64,000 nt of DNA from contig CAWGIE010000017.1 in the NCBI GenBank assembly GCA_963822585.1, positions 1 to 64,000 of the forward strand, read 5' to 3'. The first letter of the stretch is position 1. Each line of letters begins with the position of its first letter. Positions 1 to 9,855 of this stretch are shown here, in pieces. The translations under genes and the position numbers were made by a program. Under the pieces are notes generated by a model. The model had not been told where the DNA came from. It saw only the letters and a program-made list of their open reading frames with translations, and ran no database searches. This DNA is from an uncultured bacterium (lineage in GTDB: Bacteria; Auribacterota; Erginobacteria; Erginobacterales; Erginobacteraceae).

Positions 1-1
1 T

Positions 2-820
2 CAGGCGTTTGTCTCCGTCAACTGCGCTGCCATCCCCGAGAATCTCCTGGAGAGCGAGCTCTTCGGCCACGAAAAAGGGGCGTTTACCGGCGCCGACTCC
101 CGGGTGATCGGGCGCTTTGAACAGGCCGATCACGGCTGCATCTTCATGGATGAGATCGGAGATATGAGCCCGGCCACCCAGGCCAAGGTGCTGAGAATTT
201 TTGAGGGGCATGACTTTGAAAGGGTGGGGGGGAGGGAAAAGATCACGGTTGACGTCCGGATCATCGCCGCCACCAACCGGGACTTGGAGGGACAGGTTGC
301 CGAGGGGACTTTCCGGGAGGATCTCTTCTATCGCCTGAGCGCTTTTCCCCTCATTCTCCCTTCCCTGGAGGAGAGGATGGAAGACTTACCCCTGCTGGCC
401 GCCCATATCCTGAGAGAGCACAACCGGACGGCTGACCGGAAGATCAGCTCGGTCACTCTAACGGCGATGGAGAAGCTGCTCGGCTATCACTGGCCGGGGA
501 ATGTCCGCCACCTGGAAAATGTCATCAAGCGCGCCGCCATCCTGGCGTCCGAGGGAGTAATCGAAGCCGAGCACGTCCAGCCCGAAAGGCGGCGCGCTCC
601 GCGCCGCCTTTCCGGGGAGGCCGTATCGCCGCCCCCGGGAATCCCGTCTCCGCCCGCGCTGCCCGACATCCGTTCCCTGGCCGAGGTGGAGAAGAAAGCG
701 ATCGAGATCGCCCTCCAGAAGACATCAATGAACATCAGCCGGGCCGCCGATGCCCTGGGCATCTCCCGCGCCACGCTCTATCATAAAGCGAAAGAGTACG
801 GAATCGATATCTCCCGCTGA
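2..820 (+). CDS. Sigma-54-dependent transcriptional activator (NtrC/PilR family), 5' end outside window
   Basis: Frame from base 2 reads [26 protein letters not shown] (GAFTGA loop), then Walker [23 protein letters not shown] and a C-terminal Fis-type HTH ([17 protein letters not shown]). Confidence 0.95.
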   Translation, partial: QAFVSVNCAAIPENLLESELFGHEKGAFTGADSRVIGRFEQADHGCIFMDEIGDMSPATQAKVLRIFEGHDFERVGGREKITVDVRIIAATNRDLEGQVAEGTFREDLFYRLSAFPLILPSLEERMEDLPLLAAHILREHNRTADRKISSVTLTAMEKLLGYHWPGNVRHLENVIKRAAILASEGVIEAEHVQPERRRAPRRLSGEAVSPPPGIPSPPALPDIRSLAEVEKKAIEIALQKTSMNISRAADALGISRATLYHKAKEYGIDISR

Positions 821-842
821 TGCGAGATCACGGGTATATAAA

Positions 843-965
843 AATGGAGTGATGGAGTACTGGAGTGGTGGAGTGATGGGAAAAAGGAATAAAAACAGGG
901 GGTATGAAAAATCAGGTGATGTGTCAATATGGGGTAATGGAGTGATGGAGTAATGGAGTAATGGG
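843..965. repeat. Imperfect tandem array of ~8-nt GGAGTRAT units
   Basis: atggagtgatggagtactggagtggtggagtgatggg ... gtaatggagtgatggagtaatggagtaatggg; the same family occurs with its reverse complement at 27096-27177. Confidence 0.85.
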
Positions 966-1110
966 AAGGGATCGCCAGCGAAGTCCAGGCTGATTCCATT
1001 ACTTCTTTTACTAAACGGCACTCTTTTCAGTCCTATTCCATTTTGTGTGGAGAAATCCAGTGTATGAGTCATTCAGACTGTGTCGCAATTGATATTTTCG
1101 ACGATTTTCT

Positions 1111-1491
1111 GTCATTGCGAGTCCCCCGAACGAAGTGAGGGGGACGAAGCAATCTCTTAAAAAGACCAATGAGCAAACTTTATTGTGTTTACATAATGGC
1201 AAACAAAAATAACACTGTTCTTTATACGGGTATAACCGGGGATTTGAAGAAACGGGTTTATCAGCATAGAAATAAATTAGTCGATGGATTTACTAAAAAA
1301 TATAACATTCAAAAATTGGTTTATTACCAGGTTTTCGGCGACCCGGAAAGGGCCATTTTGAGAGAAAAACAGATAAAGGGAGGATCGAGGAAGAGGAAAA
1401 TAGAGCTTATTCAAGAGAAGAATCCGACTTGGAAGGTTTTGTATCCCGCATTGTGAAAGGAGATTGCTTCGGCCTTCGGCCTCGCAATGAC
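1111..1491. mobile_element. Palindromic element (GTCATTGCGAG...GAAGCAATCTC / GAGATTGCTTC...CTCGCAATGAC) enclosing a GIY-YIG gene
   Basis: Left arm 1111-1156 and right arm 1460-1491 contain reverse-complementary blocks; gene-less copies at 20309, 23775 and 61016. Confidence 0.75.
1169..1456 (+). CDS. Small GIY-YIG nuclease family protein
   Basis: YCVYIMAN...LYTGITGDLKKRVYQH...FTKKYNIQKLVYY...AILREKQIKG; AT-rich relative to neighbours. Confidence 0.93.
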   Translation: MSKLYCVYIMANKNNTVLYTGITGDLKKRVYQHRNKLVDGFTKKYNIQKLVYYQVFGDPERAILREKQIKGGSRKRKIELIQEKNPTWKVLYPAL

Positions 1492-1527
1492 CCTTTTTAA
1501 TACCAAATAGTGTAAGGACAACATCCC

Positions 1528-2746
1528 ATGGCTACGTTTAAATACAAAGCGCGCGGAGAAACGGGAAAATCGGTCTCCGGGACCCTGGAAGCGGCGTCCC
1601 GGGAGATGGTGGTCAGCCACCTGGAGGAGATGGGTTATACCCCGGTTTCGGTCTCCCAGGAGACGGCCGGGGCTAAGGCGGGAGGCGGCCTCTTCGCCCG
1701 CTTCGAGAAAGTGAAGGGGAAAGACCTGGTGATGCTGACCCGGCAACTCCATTCCCTTATCCGGTCCGGGATCCCGATTCTCTCCTCGCTCATCATCCTC
1801 GAAAAGCAGTCCGAGAGTCCCCTCCTGAAAAGAACCCTCGCCGACATCCAGGAGAAGATCACCGGCGGTGCCAGCTTCTCCGATGCTCTCCGGGAGTTCC
1901 CCCAGATCTTCTCCAACCTCTATGTCAATACGGTCCTGGCCGGGGAGACCGGGGGAATCCTTGCCCGAGGTACTGGACCGGCTGGCCGGGCTCCTGGAGG
2001 CGGAACAGGAGACCAGGAAAGCGGTCAAATCGGCGGTCAGATACCCGATCATCGCGCTGGTTGTAATGGCAGCGGCTTTTTTCATTCTCAACATAATGGT
2101 TATCCCCAAATTCGCCGGTATTTACGGACGCATCGGGTTTGATCTCCCCCTGCCCACCAAGATAATGATGGCCAGCAGCAACGTCATTAATAACTACTGG
2201 TACATTATCCTGGGAGTGATAATCGCCCTTTTCATCGGATTTATCCGTTTCAAGAAGACTAAATTCGGCCACTACCAGATCGATAAGATCAAGCTCAAGC
2301 TCCCCATCTTCGGACCCCTCTTCACCAAGCTGGCCATGTTCCGGTTCACCAAGATGTTGGCCACCCTGGAGCGATCCGGTGTCCCCATTCTCAAGATCAT
2401 CGAGATCGTTTCGCTCACGGTAGGGAACGATCTGATCGGAGAGGAACTGATGGCCCTCCGGAATGAGGTCAGGGACGGCAAGGGCCTCGCCAGTTCGATT
2501 ACGAAACGGCCCCTCTTCCCGCCCATGGTCAGCAGCATGCTCAGTGTGGGAGAGGAGACCGGACGCCTGGACGAGATGTCGGAGTCGATCGCCTATTATT
2601 ACGACCAGGAGATAAAATACACGGTAGCGACGCTGACAGATTTAATCGAGCCTCTTTTGACCGTTTTTATCGCCGTCGGAGTGCTCCTCTTTGCCCTGGC
2701 AATCTTCCTCCCGATGTGGAATATGATCGCGATGGCTAAAAAATAA
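1528..2746 (+). CDS. pilC: Type IV pilus/T2SS inner-membrane platform protein (PilC/GspF/MshG), one frameshift near 1964
   Basis: MATFKYKA start, TRQLHSLIRSGIPI, AGETGG|VLDRLA, YPIIA, GEETGRLDEM, LIEPLL, AIFLPMW. ORFs 1528-2142 and 1868-2746 join if one C of gcccgag is removed. Confidence 0.93.
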
Positions 2747-2926
2747 TCCGTGGTATCAGGTGGTGTTTCAACACGTTATGGATATAAACGCCGTTGATAT
2801 GTCTACAGCAGACTGTTTTATCTTATCCGTCAGGCTTACGTCCTATTTCTACTCGTAACGACGCAATCAGCCATGCACGCATCTTATTGCGTTGCTAGTG
2901 ATGCCAACTCCGGCATTGTTCAAAAT

Positions 2927-2974
2927 TAACCAGATTTATGCCTGCCTGCCAGCAAGCAGGCATAAATTTGGTTA
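2927..2974. repeat. Long hairpin taaccagatttatgcctgc-N10-gcaggcataaatttggtta
   Basis: 19-bp stem with one mismatch, between pilC and the pilin promoter. Confidence 0.7.
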
Positions 2975-3129
2975 GTGTATAATTATTTTACAACTAAGGG
3001 GGCCAACGGAGATAGTGTAAAAAAAATAAACAATGTTTACGTTGAATCGTAGGCTGTCAATAAATAGAGAAAAGTCGTAAGCCTTTAATGGGTAAGGCAT
3101 AAAATTTTTTATTTATTACTTTATATTCC

Positions 3130-3145
3130 TGGCACGGTAATTGCT
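3130..3145 (+). promoter_or_regulatory. Sigma-54 (-24/-12) promoter of the major pilin
   Basis: TGGCAC-GGTAA-TTGCT matches TGGCAC-N5-TTGCW exactly, about 50 nt before the pilin ATG; GGAGG RBS near 3184. Confidence 0.9.
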
Positions 3146-3194
3146 TTTATACTTTGTGTCAACCGAAAGGTAAACCGTAACCGGGAGGTGTGGA

Positions 3195-3509
3195 ATGAAA
3201 GGTTTTACCTTGATTGAATTAATTATCGTGATCGTGATCATCGGCATCTTGGCCGCGATCGCGGTGCCGAAGTATCTTGACCTGGCTGATGCCGCCAACG
3301 CGGCCAACATCCAGGCCAATACCGGCGCGGTGCAGGCGGCCGTGAACATGAAGTACGCCGAGAACGCGTTGGCGGGTGCCGCTGCCTTCCCGGCTGCGAT
3401 CACCTCGGGTATGTTTGCCGACGATCAGATTCCCTCCTCTGTCAGCGGTCCCTACACCTGGGAGTATGCGGGTCCGCCCACTGGAGTCGTTAGCAACAAT
3501 GTCCCGTAA
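3195..3509 (+). CDS. pilA: Major type IV pilin (MshA/PilA-like)
   Basis: MKG^FTLIELIIVIVIIGILAAIAVPKYLDL class III signal peptide with E5; own promoter and terminator. Confidence 0.92.
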   Translation: MKGFTLIELIIVIVIIGILAAIAVPKYLDLADAANAANIQANTGAVQAAVNMKYAENALAGAAAFPAAITSGMFADDQIPSSVSGPYTWEYAGPPTGVVSNNVP

Positions 3510-3532
3510 TTTATGAAGTTGGCGAAGGTCGC

Positions 3533-3570
3533 AAAAATCCCGCCTCTCCAGGAGAGGCGGGATTTTTTTT
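3533..3570 (+). terminator. Rho-independent terminator after pilin
   Basis: aaaaatcccgcctctcc-a-ggagaggcgggattttttt: perfect stem plus U-tract. Confidence 0.9.
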
Positions 3571-3610
3571 CGGAGTTAATGAGAGCTTACTCGAAAAGGT
3601 CGTACGCTCT

Positions 3611-3796
3611 CAAATTCTAATATCTAAATACTAAAATCTAAATAATATCAAATGACCAAAACTAAAAAATCCCAAACAATGGGGCTGCAACCGGCGATAT
3701 TTGAAACATTTGGTCATTTGCCGCTGGAGGCGGATCAGCCTCCGGCTGAGGATATTGGATTTATTTAGGATTTAGATTATTAAGATTTAGGATTTT
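3611..3796. repeat. Inverted pair of ~7-nt AT-rich repeat arrays with a nested 30-nt hairpin insert
   Basis: Left ctaaatactaaaatctaaataatatcaaatgaccaaa; right tttggtcatttg...ttggatttatttaggatttagattattaagatttagg; insert ccgctggaggcggatcagcctccggctga at 3721-3749. Confidence 0.7.
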
Positions 3797-3875
3797 CTGC
3801 TCGAAATCCTTTCCGAGTAGGATATAATTAATCACGAATTTGCTCGATCTCCAGGCCGGAAACACAATCTGTTTA

Positions 3876-5849
3876 ATGCATAAGAGCGATCTTGCCAACC
3901 TGCTGTTGATAATTATTTTTGGGGCGCTGATTTATCTTATTTCCCTGCTCGCTCCCTTTCAGTTCGATGATTTCCCCCACATAGTTGAGAACCCGCATAT
4001 CAAGAACCTGAGCGACCTGGGGGCGATCTGGAATCATTGGCCAAGCCGTTTCTTCGGTTTTCTCACCTTTGCCGGGAACTATGCTCTATGCGGGTTGAAT
4101 CCCGCGGGATATCGTCTTGTCAACTTAACCATTCACGCCGCGGGGGCGGTTTTCGCCTACCTGCTGGTAAAATTATTGGCGGGTCTCTCCGGCGCCGGCG
4201 ATGAGAAAGCCCGGATTACGGCCTTCTGGACCGCGATGGTTTTTATCTGTCATCCCCTGCAAACCCAGGCGGTTACTTACATTGTTCAAAGATTTGTCTC
4301 CCTGGCCGGGACCCTTTCACTGGCCGCGGTATTCTGCTATTTTCAGGCCCGGAAAAAAATAAGTGCGGGCGCGTCCTTTAACTCCTTCTCCCACCTGGCC
4401 TATTATGGCGGCGGTATCATCCTCTCCTTGCTGGCAATGACCTCGAAAGAATCAGCGGTCAGCCTCCCCATTCTTATCTTAAGTCTGGAATTGCTGTTTC
4501 CTCCCCGGGACACTATCTGGAGGAGGCGGATCATGTATCTGTTGCCCTATCTATCGACCCTGCTAGTCGTCCCGGCGTTATCCCTCTATATGGCGACCGG
4601 ACGCGGGAGCAATCCATTTTACTATAAGTTAAATTTTGCCGCCTCGGGAGGGACCGGCTTCTATGTCAGCGCGCAGTCGGTTTTTCTCGATTCCCGCCTC
4701 CAGTATCTTCTGACCCAATTACACGCATTCCTGATTTACCTGCGGTTGTGTATCCTGCCGGTGAAGCAGTCCATCTGGTATGACCTGCCCCTTTCCCGTT
4801 CCCTATTTTCATCCGGCACCTATCTTGCCCTATTGGTCATCGGCGGCTTAGTGATTGTGGCCCTCCGGGCGATCCGTCGCCTGCCGCTTATCACCGTAGC
4901 GATAATCTGGTTTTTTTTCAACCTGGCGCCGACCTCTTCCGGGGCGGTGATCTGGCCTTTTCTTTCCGAGCATCATATGTACCTGCCGGTTTTTAGTTGG
5001 GCGCTTATGATCGGAGTATGGTTGGGCTGGCTGAGTGAACGTTTCCGCCGCGAGCGGATTATGTTTCCGGCGTGGATCCTGATTTTTTGCCTGGCCTTGC
5101 TCGCGGGGCGGCGGAATATTTTATGGGGAGATACCTACCGGCTCTGGGAAGACGCTTTGAGGACCGCCCCCGCCTCCGGTCCGATCCATACCGCAATGTC
5201 CGCCGCCCTCATCCGTGCCGGTCGCTATGAAGACGCGATTGAGCCCGCTCAGCGGGCGATCGAGATCAATCCCCGGGTTGAGAGTTCTTATCACAACCTC
5301 TGGGCGGCTTACTTCAATCTTAATCGGCTGGCCGAGGCCAAAGCGTTGGCCGACCACTATGCGGAAGTTTTTCCCGATAGTTCCAAGCCGTATGTCAATA
5401 TCGGTATGACCTTGATGAAAAATGGGGAATATGCCGAGGCTGGAGAATTCCTGCAGGAAGCTCTGGCCAAGGATCCCGATGATATGTCCGCCCACTATTG
5501 GCTTGGGGTAAACCTCCTGGAAATGGATGACGAGGCGGGGGCGCTGGAGCATCTGAAGAAGGCCTTGACTCTCAACCCCGACTTCTCACCGGTTTATGAC
5601 TACCTGGGGCGGGTCTATCAGCTGATGGGGGAAGGGGACCAGGCGCTGGAAATTTATTCACTGGGCGTCTCCCGCTTCCCTCAATCGCTGCTCTTGCGTT
5701 ATAACCTGGCGATGCTGGCCTGGGAATTGGGGGATTTTGACCTGGCCGAAAAATATCTGGTGGAGTGTCTCAGTTTGCCCGGAGACGATAGCCAGGAGAA
5801 AATGCTAACCGCCGCCTTGGACGAACTGCGGGCTCAAATGACGCCTTGA
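3876..5849 (+). CDS. TMTC-like multi-pass membrane glycosyltransferase (GT-C fold) with C-terminal TPR repeats
   Basis: FQFDDFPHIVENP, YRLVNLTIHA, HPLQTQAVTYIVQR, SKESAV, EHHMYLP, RNILW..LWEDAL followed by TPRs; alternative TTG start at 3840. Confidence 0.85.
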   Translation: MHKSDLANLLLIIIFGALIYLISLLAPFQFDDFPHIVENPHIKNLSDLGAIWNHWPSRFFGFLTFAGNYALCGLNPAGYRLVNLTIHAAGAVFAYLLVKLLAGLSGAGDEKARITAFWTAMVFICHPLQTQAVTYIVQRFVSLAGTLSLAAVFCYFQARKKISAGASFNSFSHLAYYGGGIILSLLAMTSKESAVSLPILILSLELLFPPRDTIWRRRIMYLLPYLSTLLVVPALSLYMATGRGSNPFYYKLNFAASGGTGFYVSAQSVFLDSRLQYLLTQLHAFLIYLRLCILPVKQSIWYDLPLSRSLFSSGTYLALLVIGGLVIVALRAIRRLPLITVAIIWFFFNLAPTSSGAVIWPFLSEHHMYLPVFSWALMIGVWLGWLSERFRRERIMFPAWILIFCLALLAGRRNILWGDTYRLWEDALRTAPASGPIHTAMSAALIRAGRYEDAIEPAQRAIEINPRVESSYHNLWAAYFNLNRLAEAKALADHYAEVFPDSSKPYVNIGMTLMKNGEYAEAGEFLQEALAKDPDDMSAHYWLGVNLLEMDDEAGALEHLKKALTLNPDFSPVYDYLGRVYQLMGEGDQALEIYSLGVSRFPQSLLLRYNLAMLAWELGDFDLAEKYLVECLSLPGDDSQEKMLTAALDELRAQMTP

Positions 5850-5883
5850 CCCCGGCGTCTGTACTTTTTCGTCAGTGACCCCC

Positions 5884-6096
5884 GGAGCGAAAGTTTAAAA
5901 GCTACCACGGAACGCCAAACATAAACCGCCCCCCCGACGTTTATCGTCGGGGAGCGAAAGTTCAAAAACTACCAACAGAAAAAAAAAACCTCCCCCAGGT
6001 GGGGTTGTCCCACCGGAGCGAAAGTTCAATAGCTACCACAAGGTACCAAATATAATAACCGGCCCCTGCCGGTTTATCCGGCACGGGAGAAAGTTC
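5884..6096. repeat. Tandem array of ~64-71-nt units (GGAGCGAAAGTTYAAWARCTACCA + A-rich linker + variable hairpin)
   Basis: Conserved core starts at 5884, 5951, 6015, with a degenerate copy at 6086. Confidence 0.85.
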
Positions 6097-6193
6097 TTAG
6101 CGGCTGCATTTGGCAGCTTGAACTGATTTACCCGCTGGGTAAAGCCGCCGGGGCAGAGCGGTTTATCATGCCCTTTTATCATGCCCTAACAGC

Positions 6194-6222
6194 TTGACAT
6201 CGCTATAATAATATATTATTGT
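6194..6222 (+). promoter_or_regulatory. Candidate sigma-70 promoter for the S8 protease (possibly leaderless transcript)
   Basis: TTGACA-N17-TATTGT ends 5 nt before the ATG at 6228; no obvious SD. Confidence 0.5.
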
Positions 6223-6227
6223 AAAGT

Positions 6228-9200
6228 ATGAGAATATATCAACGATCCCTCCTATTCGTTGGTCTTTTCGTCTTGTTCGCCTACCCGCTCATCTCTCAGG
6301 CGGAACCCGGCCCCGAGATCAGGCTGGCCGGTTACCGGTTCGACCCCGCCGTCTCGGTTCCCGCCTTTCCGGACACCCCCGTCCGCGGTGCCCTCTCCGG
6401 CCCCGGCTATTACCTCCTCCAGTTTGACGGCCCGGTGATGGAGGAGTGGAAGGAAGCATGCCGCGCCCGCGGCGTCGAGTTCCTTGATTATGTCCCCGAC
6501 TTCGCCTTTATCGTCAGGATGAACGGGGACGTGAGGGAAAAAGTCGAGGCTCTTTCTTCCGTTCGCTGGGTGGGGGATTACCGGCCGGAGTACCGCCTCC
6601 CGGAAGGACTGAAGAACCGCCGGGCGGCGAAGAAGGGAGGGAAGGCGGACTATATCGTGGTCGTCTTCCCCGGCGCCGATGTTGACGGGATCATCGGCGG
6701 AATAAAAAAAGCGGGGGGGGAGGTGCTGAAGAGAAGCGACTCCTCCTGGAAGACCAAGCTGCGGGTGAAAATTTCGCCGGATCGGTTGGATGCTGTGGCA
6801 GCTCTGTCCGGTATTAAGTGGGTGGAAGAGGCGCCGGTCTGGCGATACTTCAACAACGAATCCCGCCGGATCATGGACGCGGAAGCGTCCTGGAGCACGG
6901 CGAGCATCTTCGGCGCCGGCCAGGTGGTCGGCGTCGCCGACACGGGCCTGGACAGGGGCTCAACCTCGACCATTCTCGCCGACTTCAAAGACCGGGTCCT
7001 CGCCATCTCCAACACCTTTAATGACCAGACAACCGGGGCCGATCTCCACGGCCACGGCACCCACGTCTCCGGGTCCATCCTCGGCAACGGCGACCTCTCC
7101 GGCGCCAACCCCGCCGCTCACTCCTATCCATCGACCTGCTACGCCGGTATCGCTCCCGAGGCTTCCCTGGTCTTCCAGGCCCTCGGCAATTTGACCAACC
7201 TGCCGGCCGACCTCAATCTGCTCTTCGCCCAGGCATACGGCGGGGGCGCCCGTATCCACAACAACAGCTGGGGCGCCGACGTTGCCGGGGAATACACCTC
7301 CGACAGCGAGGACGTCGATGAATTCAGCTGGGACAACAAAGACTTTCTGATCGTCTTCGCCGCCGGCAACGCCGGCGTGGACTCGAACTTCGACGGCGTG
7401 ATCGACCTCTATTCCGTCGGTTCGCCCGCCACCGCCAAGAACTGTATCTCCGTCGGCGCGACCGAGAACGACCGTCCGCCTGCCTCATCGCCCCAGCCCG
7501 GCTATCCGATGACCTACGGCTGGTACTGGCCCAATGACTATCCCGCCGCCCCCATCAGCGACAGCTACCTTTCTGACGATGAAGACGGAATGGCGGCCTT
7601 CAGCTCCCGGGGCTGCCAGCTGGCCGCCCGCTGGAAACCGGAAGTGGTTGCCCCCGGGACCAACGTTGTCTCCTGCCGGACGCAGGCGGCCGGGGCGCCG
7701 GCGAACCCTCTCTGGGGGCCCGGTGGCCTGACAGGGGATGATGCTGCTAACTACGTCTTTTCGGGAGGTACCAGCATGTCGTCCCCCCTGGTCTGCGGCG
7801 CGGCGGCCCTGGTCCGGGAATATTACACCGACGTTGCCGGGATCACACCCAGCGCGGCACTGGTCAAGGCGACGCTGATCAATGGGGCGAAGGATATCTC
7901 CCCCGGCCAGTACGGGACCGGGCAGTACCGGGAGATCCCCGCGCCCCCGCGGCCCAATAACGTGGAAGGGTGGGGGAGGGTCGATCTCGGCTCGACCATC
8001 TTCTCAGGCGCCGCTCCTTCCGACTTTTACTATTACGACGTATCGCCCGGTCTTTATACCGGTCAGGTCCACCAGTACAATGTTGGCCTTTCCACCTCGC
8101 TTAATCCCCTCAGCGTGACGCTCTGCTGGACCGACGCTCCCGGCTCCACGCCGGCGGCGGGGGCCCTGGTCAACGACCTCGACCTCTCCGTGACCGCTCC
8201 CAACGGGACGGTGTACTATCCCAACAACGCCGTCCTCGCCGGCCCCATCGAGTATGAAAACGGCTTGGCGTCGTCGTCGCTAAAATCATTAACCGCCTTC
8301 GAGGGCATGATCGAGGCAGTCCGCTTCACGCCGACCTGCTACCCGGCCACCCTGGAGCGGGGGATGTTCTACCTCTATTCGAAATCGGGGAGCTATTCCA
8401 AGACCTTCCAGTACCAAATCTATCGCGGGAGCGGGGGGGGCCGGGGAGCCTGCTCGCTTCGGGCACCAGTAACCTGCGGGCGGCGGGATGGCACATCATC
8501 GACTTCTCCGCCCTCAACATCACCGTCAGCAGTGGTGACCTTTACCTGGCGATCGTCCTCCCCGACAACGACCTTGCCTGGTACGCGGACGAGGAGGAGC
8601 CGATCGCCGGCCGGAGCTGGGAGAAGATACCGATGGTCGGCTGGAACAAATGGATCACCTTCGATTACCTTTTCCGGGCGGTATTCAGCTGTCCCACGCT
8701 CTACGACCGGACCAACAACACGGTCGGGATCGACATCGACTACCCGTCCCCCGGGAACTACACCGTCACCGTCAGCGGCTATAACGTTCCCTACGGACCG
8801 CAGCCCTACGCCCTGGTCGTTTCCCGGCCCGACCGGGGGGCCGATATCCCGGAGAACCCGGTCATCGAGTCTGGCGACTACAATGGCGACGGGACTTCGG
8901 ATATCGCTCTTTACCGTTACACCGACGGCCTTTGGGCCGTCCGGGGAATAACCCGTGTGTACTTCGGCGGCCCGGGCGCCATCCCCGGCCCGGGCGATTA
9001 CAATGGCGATGGAACCACCGAGCCGGCCATCTTCCGACCGGGAAATTCGCTCTGGGCGGTTCGGGGGGTGACCCGGACCTACTTCGGGGACGAGGACGAC
9101 ATCCCGGCCGCGGCCGATTACGATGGGGACGGCCGGGCGGATATCGCCGTCTTCCGGGAAGATTCCGGCCTCTGGGCGGTCCGCGGCCTCACCCGGTTCT

Positions 9201-9604
9201 ACTTTGGCATGACCGGAGACATCCCGGTCCCCGGAGATTACAACAGTTTTCACCCGGAGGTGGCCGAGGCGGCCGTCTTCCGCCCCTCGACGGGGCTGTG
9301 GGCGGTCCGGGGGTTGGAACGGGTTTATTTTGGGGTGGACGGGGACCGCCCGGCCGCTGCCAACTTCGACCTCCTCCCCGGGGACGATTTCGCCGTCTTC
9401 CGGCCATCGACCGGCCTCTGGGCGGTCTATGATTTTGCTCGTTTGTATTACGGGAAGACCGGGGATACCCCGGTCCCGGCCGATTACGTCGGGCAGAATC
9501 GTGACAACACCGCCGTCTTCCGCCCCTCGACCGGCCTCTGGGCGGTCAAGGGAGTGACCCGGACCTATTTCGGCCGCCAGTACGACATCCCGGTAACAAG
9601 ATAA
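6228..9604 (+). CDS. Secreted S8 subtilisin-like serine protease with C-terminal FG-GAP/VCBS-like repeat module; frameshift in G8 run 8433-8440
   Basis: Signal peptide; catalytic VADTG, HGHGTHVSG, AAGNAG, GGTSMSSP; VNDLDL. The downstream frame continues PGSLLASG...GPQPYALVVS into GDYNGDG repeats. Confidence 0.92.
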
Positions 9605-9683
9605 TTTTCGACCACGAAGTGCATCCTTCGACTTTGCTCAGGACAAGCTCAGGACACGAAGCGAACAAAAAATAAATAATCCG

Positions 9684-9706
9684 GTAGCCGCAGGCTTCAG
9701 CCTGCG
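9684..9706 (+). repeat. GTAG-type REP palindrome
   Basis: gtagccgcaggcttcagcctgcg; relatives at 25071-25161. Confidence 0.75.
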
Positions 9707-9855
9707 CAAAAAGAGAATCACCTAAGACAATCGTGATGGCGTGATCAGTTGATCTTCAACTAAATCTAATATCGATATCATTCTATTTCAATCTTTCTAA
9801 AACACACTCACTATAATTTTTCCCGACGGGAGAAATTATAAAAGGAGGGAAGGAG

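Noticed and set aside
5884..6096. Bona fide CRISPR array
   Set aside because: Only 3-4 imperfect cores, intervals share structure, and no cas genes are in the window; kept as a structured array instead.
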